Shown piece after piece: positions 41,232 through 50,366 of a DNA stretch of 64,000 bases. The notes under the pieces are model-generated. The model saw only the letters and a program-made list of their open reading frames with translations. It made no database searches and was not told the DNA's origin. The stretch covers positions 14,226 through 78,225 of IMG/VR virus record IMGVR_UViG_3300045988_092861, one strand, 5' to 3'. This stretch comes from a virus. The translations under genes were made by a program, and so were the position numbers. Positions within the stretch are counted from its first letter, which is position 1. Every line of letters begins with the position of its first letter.

Positions 41232-41687
41232 ATGCTTAATGGTCAACTTTATATAAATGGCAAGGATGCCTACCTTACATGGGGCATAATCTTAGATGAA
41301 ACCGCCCTCAGCACGCTAATGACTCCTGCACCAAACAAGGAGTTCATCAGTAACAAGTATCGCTCAAAGGACGGCAAGTCGGTTATCAAGCACAATCCAA
41401 GACTGGATGAGAGGGAGATAACGCTGCCGTTCAATATGACCGCCAAGGACTCAGATATGTTTATGACGAACTATGCCAGTTTCTGCGAGGAGGTTCTTGC
41501 CAAGGGAGAGTTGGTTATCCGCACCCGATTCCAACCTAATGTGTGGTATAGGTGCATCTATCTCTCCTGCACACAGTTCAGTCAGTTCATTCGGGAAATG
41601 GCAAAGTTCAGTCTAAAGCTCAACGAGCCAGACCCAAGTGACAGAGGTGAAACAAGTAAATATATACAAGCTAATGATTCAGATTAA
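41232..41687 (+). CDS. Distal tail protein (Dit-like, putative)
   Basis: 151 aa directly after the tape measure. The N-terminal LNGQLYINGKDAYLTWGIIL..., together with its position, resembles siphovirus tail proteins. Confidence 0.4.
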   Translation: MLNGQLYINGKDAYLTWGIILDETALSTLMTPAPNKEFISNKYRSKDGKSVIKHNPRLDEREITLPFNMTAKDSDMFMTNYASFCEEVLAKGELVIRTRFQPNVWYRCIYLSCTQFSQFIREMAKFSLKLNEPDPSDRGETSKYIQANDSD

Positions 41688-44600
41688 GAGAAACAACAAG
41701 GTATTCTTCACATTAGAGGACTTCGGTGAGGGTTCTAAGCTGTCATATCAGCTTATGGACCACCACTACATCATCTTGAAGTTCACTACGGCTACCCCTA
41801 TCTATTTCGAGATTGGGGACTCCGTAGAGATTCCCGACTTCGGCTACTTTGAACTTACATCGTCATACTTCCCTAAGCACAACGATAGTGATGGCTACGA
41901 CTACGAAATGCAGATGGATGCCTACTATATGTCTTGGAAGAATAAGATTTGCAAGTATCGCCCTCAGCACGGAGCCAACGAGACCTCCTTCAAACTCACC
42001 ACAACGGTAGGCGTACACATGAACGTTATACTCGGCAACCTAAAGGCGATAGGTCTTACGTACAATGGCAAGGAATTCTCTGTTGACTACACTACATACA
42101 ACAACAAGGCTTTCGATGTTCAGAAGAGATTCTTGATTGAGTACGGCTCTATCAGTATTCTTGATGCTCTCAACTCCATCTGTTCCGAAGATGCGCTCAA
42201 CTGCGAGTGGTGGATAGATGGCTCTATTATATACCTTGGATATTGCGAAATGGAAGGTCAGACAACATTCGAACAGGATGTTAATGTTCTGTCTATGTCC
42301 TATTCGGAATCTAAGTCAACTTATATTACGAGACTGTACGCATTCGGCTCAGATAGAAATATCCCGAAAGGATATTTCACTGGTGCCGATGCGGACGTCA
42401 CAACCGATGGTGTAGCTACCGATTACCTCATGCTACCTAACAAGGAAGTAGATAGTGATGGTTTCTACGTTAAGGATGGCTACATAGAGAACGTGAATGT
42501 CGTGAAGAATGATAAGCAGGCTATCGAAGGTGTCGTGATGTTTGAGGACGAATATCCAAAGGTGGAAAGTGCTGTCAGCAGTATCAAGACCTATGATAGC
42601 ACCGTTGATAACGAAGACGGAACGAAGACTACACAGACATTTTGGCAGGTCACTTCTACAGACTCTTTCACTAATAGTTTCAAGGAGAGTTGGATAAAGA
42701 GTAACCTCACTTTAGGCATCAAGTTCACTAGCGGTGCTCTCATGGGCATGGTGTTCGATGTTAGCTTCAAAGTCATTGACAAGGTTAACTACTTTGAGAT
42801 TGTTGCTAATGACACTTACGGAAGAACTCTCCCCGATGGTGTCATGTGTCCGAAGGTTGGTGATAAGTACTTTCTGTTCAACTGGGATGCAACCAAGATT
42901 ACAGATACGGACCTAATTCCTGCAGCTCAGTTGTCTCTGTTCGATAGAGCGAAGCAGTACTATCTGAAGACTATGATCAGCAACGCAAACTTCACCTGCA
43001 CGATGGATGGCGATAAGTTCTATAATAATGGGACATACGATTATCATCCTCTCGGTGAACAAGTAAAGCTGATTAATGATATGTTTGCGCAGGTTGATGC
43101 TAAAGGCAAGCACTACCGAAACTCTCGTATCATCGGCATGGAGATACCTTTGGATATACCTTATGACCATCCTCAATACATAGTTGGTGAAAAAGCAGCA
43201 ACAAGTCGATTGGGTAAGTTGGAAGATAAGGTAGACTCTATCACGGTAAACGGAACGCAGATAGGAGGTATAGGGAGTGGTAATGGCAGAGGTGTCTATG
43301 TCATTGGTATGAATGACTCAACACCTCCTACAGACAGTAATGTTCTATCAGCAAGAAAGTCCATTAGTTATTTCGTTTCCAAGCTGTTTGATGATGTAGT
43401 AAAAGGACTGATTACTTTTAAACAGGGTATTAAGTTAGGTGCAGGAACCTTGTGGAAGATTACTTCGGACGGAGTAGCTTATCTTAAGAAACTGATAATA
43501 GACGGTGATGTAGAAGTTAATGGTAGCACAAAACTCGGCTTAAACGGCACAAATACCGAGTTCGGAGATTACGCTACAGACTCGACAGGCGCACGAATTC
43601 AAGTAAAAGAAGATGGAACTTCAATAGCTGAGTTTGATTATATCACTATACGCCGTGCTGCTCAATTCCGAGATATTACAATCCGTGAGCTTCGCCATAT
43701 AGGTGGCGAGTTGGCGATAACTCCTGCTGCAATGGTATGTTCAAAGGTAGAAAGACTTAACTCTAACGGAGATGTAATAGCAGACGGAGATAATACAGAG
43801 CCATCCTCATTTAAATGCTATTTTGAAACTAAAGATAGCGATGAAGGAAGCAAAAAGGTGTTTAATTATTTTCGTCCGCTCGACCAGGCGAGATGTCAGC
43901 AGTTTGATATAGTGGCAGAAGGAAGCAAGAAAACGAGATATTATTGGCGACTTGTCACTTCTGTTGGTGAGGATTATATTGTACTTTCTAATTTAGCTAA
44001 TGGAGGTATGGATTCCCTAACTACCTCAGAGCCTTTAGTTGGAGATAATATCGTTCAGCTCGGTTATCAAGGTAGCGATGACCCAAACAGACAGTCAGCT
44101 ATTATACTCTCATCTACATCAGATGATGCGCCAAGTCAGAAGATGTATCAGGGAATATCATCATTCTCCCTTGATGGTTGTCTGGTTAAAGATGAGGGGT
44201 ATGATGCGGCAACTGGGGTATTTCATTGCAATATCTATGGCGACAGCTTTATAGGTGGCAAGGAAGGCTATTTCACCTACGATTCAAAGCAAAAAAAAGC
44301 AACATTCAAAGGTACAGTGAATTTCGAGAGTGATTCTACTTTGCCTGATGGCTCGTCAGTCAACGATATTGCGAAGAAGGATGATTTGCAGGATTTGAAT
44401 ATCAAGAGCGGTAATCTCTTGCGCAATACGTCATTCTGCGGCGACTATGAAAGTATTGATATATCCGAAGATACTGAAATCTCTGAGGATAAGGAAACGT
44501 TTTCAGAGAAACTGAAATATTGGACGATGGAGAATGCCCGTGTGATTGATACCGACGACTCTACAAGCGGAAAAGCAGTATGGATAGGTCACAAATTATC

Positions 44601-46134
44601 TCAGCAACTTGCCCAACCGTTATTGTCAGGTAAGGCATACGTGCTTTCCTTCAAGGGCAAGGGCACGACCGTAAAGGTAAGTGTCGGTGGCGAAACGTAT
44701 GATGTAACCATGACTTCATCTTTCGAGCGATATGAGTTGCATATTACTTGCTCTGATGCAAAAGACGCTGTATTTGATATGGTTAGTACGAATTGTACTA
44801 TCTGCGAAATCATGCTTTCGTATGGCACGATTGCCCCTGCTTGGTCTCCGTCCTATTCTGATAATGATAAGGCGATGGCTGAGTTTCAGAATATAAAGTT
44901 CCTGACTGATGCCATTTCGCAAGGTTCTACAACCATCGATGGCGGCTTGGTTATGTCTCAGCAGTTTAAGGTAGGCAATTACCGAGACAAGAAGATGATT
45001 AAGGAAACTGGCGGTATGAGCGGCTACTACAACGATGACGATTCTCCTTTCCTTTGGGGTGGCGGAACGCTCGAACAGGCTATCTACACTATTCAAAAGT
45101 ACAAGGATAACCCAAATTACGAGCCTACTGCCGAGGAACTCAATAATCTCGCTAAATTCGTAGTCACACATGGCGGTAGAGCCATTCTTACCGACATCAT
45201 ACTGAGAGGTATTATCTACGCAGAAGGTGGAGTTATGAAGTCTATCAAGTCGCCTAATGGCAACTTTGAGATTGATAATGAAGGAAATGCTAAGCTTAAA
45301 AAAGCAGTAGTGGAAAGTTTATCTTCTGTCGGCGGTTATTTTAAGGATGTGTCTGTCAGCGGAAATATCTATACACCGTACACCGTCATCAACGACTCTA
45401 ATAAGATGAAGTATGGCGAGTATGGATTGGATTGGATTGCATTGTACTTCAGGTTAAACTTGGAAGCAAGTGGTTTTAATGTTCAAGTCGAATTAAAAGA
45501 GGAGAAAAGAGATATTTTGATTGAGCTCCCTGAAGATGAAAAATATCTTGGAGCTGAGATTAATATACTGTGTACTTATGGTTACTTAGGTGTAAAAAAC
45601 GCGAGTTATCTTAGCAGTTACAACATTAATTCTGATATACAATTCGAGATTAAATATCCTATATTGTTTCAAGGTCAGACAATGAATTTAAAGTGTATCA
45701 AGGTAGCAGATAAAATTAGATGGATAGTCTTGCAGAATACCGACCTGATGTATAGCCGGTCTGTTCAGCCGAAATTGATAGCTTTAGTTCAAACTAAGTA
45801 TGACGCGTCTAAAAACGTCTATGAGTTCTTTAATTATTCAAGAGGATATGGTTTTTGGTATTCAGATTCTTTTGCCCGAATACTTTATGTAAGTACTGGT
45901 GTTCACGTTGTCAAATATGATAATATCCAACCTTCTGATATGGTAATCGAGCCTAATGTTGTAAATGGATTTATAAACTACACGGTTGATTCAGACAAAA
46001 AAGAAATTAAGTTTACCGTTTACGACTATAACCACAAACTCAGCGATAACGTAAAATTTGGCTTTAAGATTTACAACATTTCAAGGATTGGCAACTATAT
46101 CCCTTCTGCTGATGGGCAAAGCATTAACAATTAA
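41674..46134 (+). CDS. Large tail-tip/baseplate protein (Tal-like, putative)
   Basis: About 1486 aa from the first ATG (the track start at 41638 is GTG). Positional inference after Dit. Confidence 0.5.
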   Translation: MIQIKRNNKVFFTLEDFGEGSKLSYQLMDHHYIILKFTTATPIYFEIGDSVEIPDFGYFELTSSYFPKHNDSDGYDYEMQMDAYYMSWKNKICKYRPQHGANETSFKLTTTVGVHMNVILGNLKAIGLTYNGKEFSVDYTTYNNKAFDVQKRFLIEYGSISILDALNSICSEDALNCEWWIDGSIIYLGYCEMEGQTTFEQDVNVLSMSYSESKSTYITRLYAFGSDRNIPKGYFTGADADVTTDGVATDYLMLPNKEVDSDGFYVKDGYIENVNVVKNDKQAIEGVVMFEDEYPKVESAVSSIKTYDSTVDNEDGTKTTQTFWQVTSTDSFTNSFKESWIKSNLTLGIKFTSGALMGMVFDVSFKVIDKVNYFEIVANDTYGRTLPDGVMCPKVGDKYFLFNWDATKITDTDLIPAAQLSLFDRAKQYYLKTMISNANFTCTMDGDKFYNNGTYDYHPLGEQVKLINDMFAQVDAKGKHYRNSRIIGMEIPLDIPYDHPQYIVGEKAATSRLGKLEDKVDSITVNGTQIGGIGSGNGRGVYVIGMNDSTPPTDSNVLSARKSISYFVSKLFDDVVKGLITFKQGIKLGAGTLWKITSDGVAYLKKLIIDGDVEVNGSTKLGLNGTNTEFGDYATDSTGARIQVKEDGTSIAEFDYITIRRAAQFRDITIRELRHIGGELAITPAAMVCSKVERLNSNGDVIADGDNTEPSSFKCYFETKDSDEGSKKVFNYFRPLDQARCQQFDIVAEGSKKTRYYWRLVTSVGEDYIVLSNLANGGMDSLTTSEPLVGDNIVQLGYQGSDDPNRQSAIILSSTSDDAPSQKMYQGISSFSLDGCLVKDEGYDAATGVFHCNIYGDSFIGGKEGYFTYDSKQKKATFKGTVNFESDSTLPDGSSVNDIAKKDDLQDLNIKSGNLLRNTSFCGDYESIDISEDTEISEDKETFSEKLKYWTMENARVIDTDDSTSGKAVWIGHKLSQQLAQPLLSGKAYVLSFKGKGTTVKVSVGGETYDVTMTSSFERYELHITCSDAKDAVFDMVSTNCTICEIMLSYGTIAPAWSPSYSDNDKAMAEFQNIKFLTDAISQGSTTIDGGLVMSQQFKVGNYRDKKMIKETGGMSGYYNDDDSPFLWGGGTLEQAIYTIQKYKDNPNYEPTAEELNNLAKFVVTHGGRAILTDIILRGIIYAEGGVMKSIKSPNGNFEIDNEGNAKLKKAVVESLSSVGGYFKDVSVSGNIYTPYTVINDSNKMKYGEYGLDWIALYFRLNLEASGFNVQVELKEEKRDILIELPEDEKYLGAEINILCTYGYLGVKNASYLSSYNINSDIQFEIKYPILFQGQTMNLKCIKVADKIRWIVLQNTDLMYSRSVQPKLIALVQTKYDASKNVYEFFNYSRGYGFWYSDSFARILYVSTGVHVVKYDNIQPSDMVIEPNVVNGFINYTVDSDKKEIKFTVYDYNHKLSDNVKFGFKIYNISRIGNYIPSADGQSINN

Positions 46135-46146
46135 TAATAATTCAAT

Positions 46147-46956
46147 ATGGAACAATTAAACAAAACCCCAACTACGGGTAAATTTGGCGACGTAGCAAAA
46201 GTGCTCGATACCAACTTTGGCTTGATTGTCACGAAGCTCATGGAACTGAGTGAGGCGAGCAAGGAGATGAACTGCGGTTTTTATTCATCAGTAACTGAGT
46301 TGAAAACGGCTTATCCTAACCCAGATAAGGGTATGATGGCTTATGTAGGCAGCGGTACTGACTATACCGTCTATCGTTGCAAGACTGATGGCACGTGGAC
46401 TGCTACCAGCGAGACCTTCAAAGTGAATATCTCGGTAGATTTATCCACTTATGCCACTAAGGATGCACTGGCACAAGTCAAGGGTTCGGTAGATAGTCTG
46501 CTGCTGGGTGCGGTATATGGCGGTATCGCTGCAAGAACCACCAATCCTGGCACTCCAAAAACCAAGGTGTTCTATCTGCCTACCGAGGTAGGTGAATATC
46601 CTAATTTTGGCAATCTCTCTGTAGCAGAGAATGAAATCGCCTTCCTCTATTACGATGGCACGAACTGGGCAAAGCAATCCGTCGATTTCTCATCCACTAT
46701 CACTGAAATCAAGGAGAAAGCAACCAATGCTGCTATTGATGCAAGCAATGCGTTAAACAAGGCAGAGGCGGCAAATAAAACGGCAGAGGCCAACAAAACG
46801 GCTTTGACTACTGCTACATCTGATATTTCTACGTTGAAGAAAAAAGTAGATGACATCCCTGCTACTATCACGAAGTTCGTGAGCATGTCGGAAGCAGCTT
46901 ACGAAGCTTTGGAAAAAAAGGAAGCCGATACTTACTATATGCTTACGGAGGAATAG
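46147..46956 (+). CDS. Tail fibre-associated protein (putative)
   Basis: 269 aa with a C-terminal A/N/K-rich coiled coil. Lies within the tail-fibre block. Confidence 0.35.
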   Translation: MEQLNKTPTTGKFGDVAKVLDTNFGLIVTKLMELSEASKEMNCGFYSSVTELKTAYPNPDKGMMAYVGSGTDYTVYRCKTDGTWTATSETFKVNISVDLSTYATKDALAQVKGSVDSLLLGAVYGGIAARTTNPGTPKTKVFYLPTEVGEYPNFGNLSVAENEIAFLYYDGTNWAKQSVDFSSTITEIKEKATNAAIDASNALNKAEAANKTAEANKTALTTATSDISTLKKKVDDIPATITKFVSMSEAAYEALEKKEADTYYMLTEE

Positions 46957-46958
46957 CC

Positions 46959-47129
46959 ATGATAAAGTTAGGAACTAAAGACATCTCTGCTATCAGGTTA
47001 GGAAATAATGTGATTTCGGCAGTTTATAAGGGAAGTGTTCTTATATGGCAAGCTATCAGAAGCTGTTTCGGCAGCGGATGGTGGGTAAATGAGAAACCTT
47101 GGATTAATGATGAAACTTGGAAAAATTAA
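46959..47129 (+). CDS. Small hypothetical protein (56 aa)
   Basis: ATG 46959 lies 2 nt after the upstream stop. MIKLGTKDISAIRLGNNVISAVYKGSVLIW resembles N-terminal motifs seen in fibre-associated proteins. Confidence 0.3.
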   Translation: MIKLGTKDISAIRLGNNVISAVYKGSVLIWQAIRSCFGSGWWVNEKPWINDETWKN

Positions 47130-47136
47130 TTAAGAT

Positions 47137-50100
47137 ATGGCAACAGAAAAAATAGACAAGGAAATAACTGACCTCAAGACCGATTGGGGAGGTTACTTGG
47201 GTAAATGGGTACAGAAGCTCATCAAGGATAACTTGATTTCCTTAAAAGATGGGAAGTTCGGTTACATTGACCAAGAGGTAGTACCTGAGGGAAACAACTC
47301 TCACATCTATTGGAGGTTCTTCTCAGATGAGGATAGCTATCGTCAGTGGTATAAAGATAAGGAGACTTATGCCAATAACGTCAAACAGTCGTATGATTTT
47401 ATTACGGCGAAGGCTGAACTCCAGTATATTCTGAGAACTTCTATCACAAAGAGACCTAATGATGTTATCGTAAAGGGGACAGAGTGTGTTGTGACCATCA
47501 ATTACAATAGCTACTACGGAGAACCAAGCGAAAAGGATGATACAAGTGGAACTCTTGTAGTATCAGTAAATGGTGTTGATATTCCAGAATTGAAACAGAC
47601 ACTTGAAGCTTCTGGCACGGCAACTGGCAACAATTACAATGTTGACCTGACCAACTATCTTGTGTCAGAAACGAATACTGTAAAGATTACTGTGTCTAAT
47701 ACACATGGTCAAAGCAGAACTTTCTCTCTCAGCATCAGAACGGTATCTATCAACCTCTCTTTTGATGCCAGTTATGTAGAGACTTCCGTAAGGGATGGAA
47801 AGTGGTCTTTGCGTGTGAATTGCCAAGGTGCGAATGCTACAGTCTATTGCAAGGTAAGCAATGGCAATGGTAGTGAAACCATGACCAAAACCATCAATAA
47901 CTCATCAGGCGAATTTATCATTGACTCAAAAGGTACTTATGCCGCCGGCAAGCATGAAATTGAAGTATGGGCAGTCAATTCAGAGTATGGTATTACAACA
48001 GAAAAGATAAGAACTTCCTATATCAAGAAGGGTAATGTCTCTGCTATTGCCATAGGAAAAGATGCTCCTGTATCTGCTACTCAGTATTCAACAATCCAAG
48101 TACCTTATTATTTCTACCTTCCTGACAATGAGATTGGCTCACAGGTTGCAATCGAAATTAAGGTATTGTATAATAACAATACGGAGGAGCTTGTTCTGAC
48201 AGACCAGTTATGCACCATAGATGATAATCATACATCAGGAGAGACCCCTTTGAAGGCTACTGTACCATTGGATTTAAATGACTATGCTCCAAAAATTAGT
48301 GTAGTAATATCCATTGGTGATGTGAGTGTAACCCACGATGTAACCATCAAGGGTGCAGGAGTTACCTTGCAGCCAGTCAGTGAATGCAAGGTATATTACT
48401 CCATGAAGGGTAAGACAAACTCCGATAAGGGTATTGAGAACTTGGAGAGTTATTACGAAGGAGTAAGAACTTCCTATTTGGAGCGTTCTGCCAACTTCAA
48501 GTTGAATGCCTATAATGGATTCCTGGATGGTAAGGGTATGACCATCGGAGCTGGCAAATCTGTTACACTGAAAGACTGGCAACCTTTCGCAGAGAATTTC
48601 GGTGTGAGTGGAAGTAAGAAGGGAAGAACCATTGAGATTGAGTTTGAGACAGGTATCTGTTCTGATGAGAATGCAGTTATCGTAGATTGCATGGATGATA
48701 CAACAGGTTTCCGCATATACGCAAATAGAATCGAGGTAAAATGTTCTACTGATAGTGTAATGACTTATTATCCTGAGACCAAGAGAATGAAATTCTCTTT
48801 GTCTATTGATGGAACTACTACTCATACGGTCAATAATCTTGGTGGTGGTGATGCAACAGAGAAGGACGTGAACTTGGCTTATCTGTGTATCAATGGTGTA
48901 TGTGTAAGAATGTTCGATTATTCTAACGCAAACTGGAAGCAGGGAACACCAAAGGATATAGTCATAGGTTCTGATATGGCACAGGTCATCCTCTATTCTA
49001 TAAGAGGATATGAGAAATCCATCAACCCTTATCAAGCCTTGGATAATTTTGCTTACGACACACCAGATGTTAATGATGTGTATGATAGCAACGGAATCTT
49101 TGACCACTACGGAAAGATTAACCTCGCCAAGCGCAACGATATTCTCAACAGCAGTGGCAATATCCATAACCCTGATGAAATTATATCCTATGAGAAGGTG
49201 AAAAAGGCATTACCTCAATCTCCTATCATCGTATGGAATATCGACAACTTGCCTTACAATAAGAACAATGATGATGTTCCTATCAACGGTACGACCTTTG
49301 AGAATCCACTTTGGAACAAGGCTACAGATGGTTGGGCGCAAGCTCCATTCACCGTAGGCGCGCACATGTTTAATGCCGATGGTACCTCATCAAATGGTTA
49401 CCCTCTACCATACAAGAACTTTGCTGAGATATTAGAAACTGGCAATGGCGAGTCTGTAAATATTACCGTAGGATTGGTTGGCGAAACAGAGAACCATACA
49501 CTTTACTCCATTACTGTCGGTGTGGAGACTGGTGAGAAGGAAATGGTTCACAAGGTAAACTTTGCTTCATCTGAAGGTATCTTCAATATTCATGCCATGA
49601 ATATGTACCAGCAGATACTTCTTGCTTGTGCTAAAGGTAATGATTCTCTCTATACTGCTTATCAGAAAGAACAGGCAGATTTAGGTAAGGCTGTAACATA
49701 CAGGAAGTCACTTAGTGGATTCCCTGAGATAGGATTCCGAAGAACCTCAACAAGTGGAACTGCTGCACCTACCTTCCTCAGCATCTACAATTTCATCAAT
49801 AACAAATATTCTGCGTCTTTCCTTGGATTCCCTGCAAAGGATTACATGAAGGCTCAGATATGGGAGATAGATGAGAATGTAAACATGTTCAATCAGGAGG
49901 CTGGAGACTATAGCATTGATGGTGATTCATTACAGAGTAGTGTGCTGACTGGTATTCCACTTTATTATGCGAGAGTACCAAAGAAGTCACCTGTCAATAA
50001 ATCAAATAAACTGGGTGTAGCAAAGAAAACTACGGATAATATCGATGCTACCAATCAGGAGCTTGCGGTAATCAAGCGTTTTCATAACTGGGTGGTTTCC

Positions 50101-50364
50101 ACCAATGTACTCCTTGCCGAGAGATACAAGCGTGAGCATGGTGATTATGCAACACTTGAAACTCCAGTAGTCTATAATGGAACTACCTATAAGAAGGATA
50201 ATCCTGCATACAGACGTGCGAAGTTTACGGCGGAAGCAAGTACATACCTGAGACTTGATAGTGCAATATTCTATTTCAACTACTGCCAGTGGATTATCGG
50301 TATGGATTCTATGGATAAAAACATGAGTTTGGCATTTGATTCAATAACTTGGAATGAGGAATAA
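47137..50364 (+). CDS. Giant tail-fibre-like protein ending in the N-terminal part of a CotH-like domain
   Basis: 1075 aa. The C-terminal third (VNFASSEGIFNIHAMN...PTFLSIYNFINNKYSASFLGF...LDSAIFYFNYCQWIIGMDSMDKNMSLAFD) follows the CotH pattern up to the 'D..KN..ly' block. Confidence 0.5.
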   Translation: MATEKIDKEITDLKTDWGGYLGKWVQKLIKDNLISLKDGKFGYIDQEVVPEGNNSHIYWRFFSDEDSYRQWYKDKETYANNVKQSYDFITAKAELQYILRTSITKRPNDVIVKGTECVVTINYNSYYGEPSEKDDTSGTLVVSVNGVDIPELKQTLEASGTATGNNYNVDLTNYLVSETNTVKITVSNTHGQSRTFSLSIRTVSINLSFDASYVETSVRDGKWSLRVNCQGANATVYCKVSNGNGSETMTKTINNSSGEFIIDSKGTYAAGKHEIEVWAVNSEYGITTEKIRTSYIKKGNVSAIAIGKDAPVSATQYSTIQVPYYFYLPDNEIGSQVAIEIKVLYNNNTEELVLTDQLCTIDDNHTSGETPLKATVPLDLNDYAPKISVVISIGDVSVTHDVTIKGAGVTLQPVSECKVYYSMKGKTNSDKGIENLESYYEGVRTSYLERSANFKLNAYNGFLDGKGMTIGAGKSVTLKDWQPFAENFGVSGSKKGRTIEIEFETGICSDENAVIVDCMDDTTGFRIYANRIEVKCSTDSVMTYYPETKRMKFSLSIDGTTTHTVNNLGGGDATEKDVNLAYLCINGVCVRMFDYSNANWKQGTPKDIVIGSDMAQVILYSIRGYEKSINPYQALDNFAYDTPDVNDVYDSNGIFDHYGKINLAKRNDILNSSGNIHNPDEIISYEKVKKALPQSPIIVWNIDNLPYNKNNDDVPINGTTFENPLWNKATDGWAQAPFTVGAHMFNADGTSSNGYPLPYKNFAEILETGNGESVNITVGLVGETENHTLYSITVGVETGEKEMVHKVNFASSEGIFNIHAMNMYQQILLACAKGNDSLYTAYQKEQADLGKAVTYRKSLSGFPEIGFRRTSTSGTAAPTFLSIYNFINNKYSASFLGFPAKDYMKAQIWEIDENVNMFNQEAGDYSIDGDSLQSSVLTGIPLYYARVPKKSPVNKSNKLGVAKKTTDNIDATNQELAVIKRFHNWVVSTNVLLAERYKREHGDYATLETPVVYNGTTYKKDNPAYRRAKFTAEASTYLRLDSAIFYFNYCQWIIGMDSMDKNMSLAFDSITWNEE

Positions 50365-50366
50365 TT

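Noticed and set aside
48274-49167. 297-aa minus-strand ORF inside the giant fibre gene.
   Set aside because: It is fully nested antisense to a 1075-aa ORF. The sequence is Cys/Ile/Thr-rich and non-protein-like, and there is no promoter or start context.
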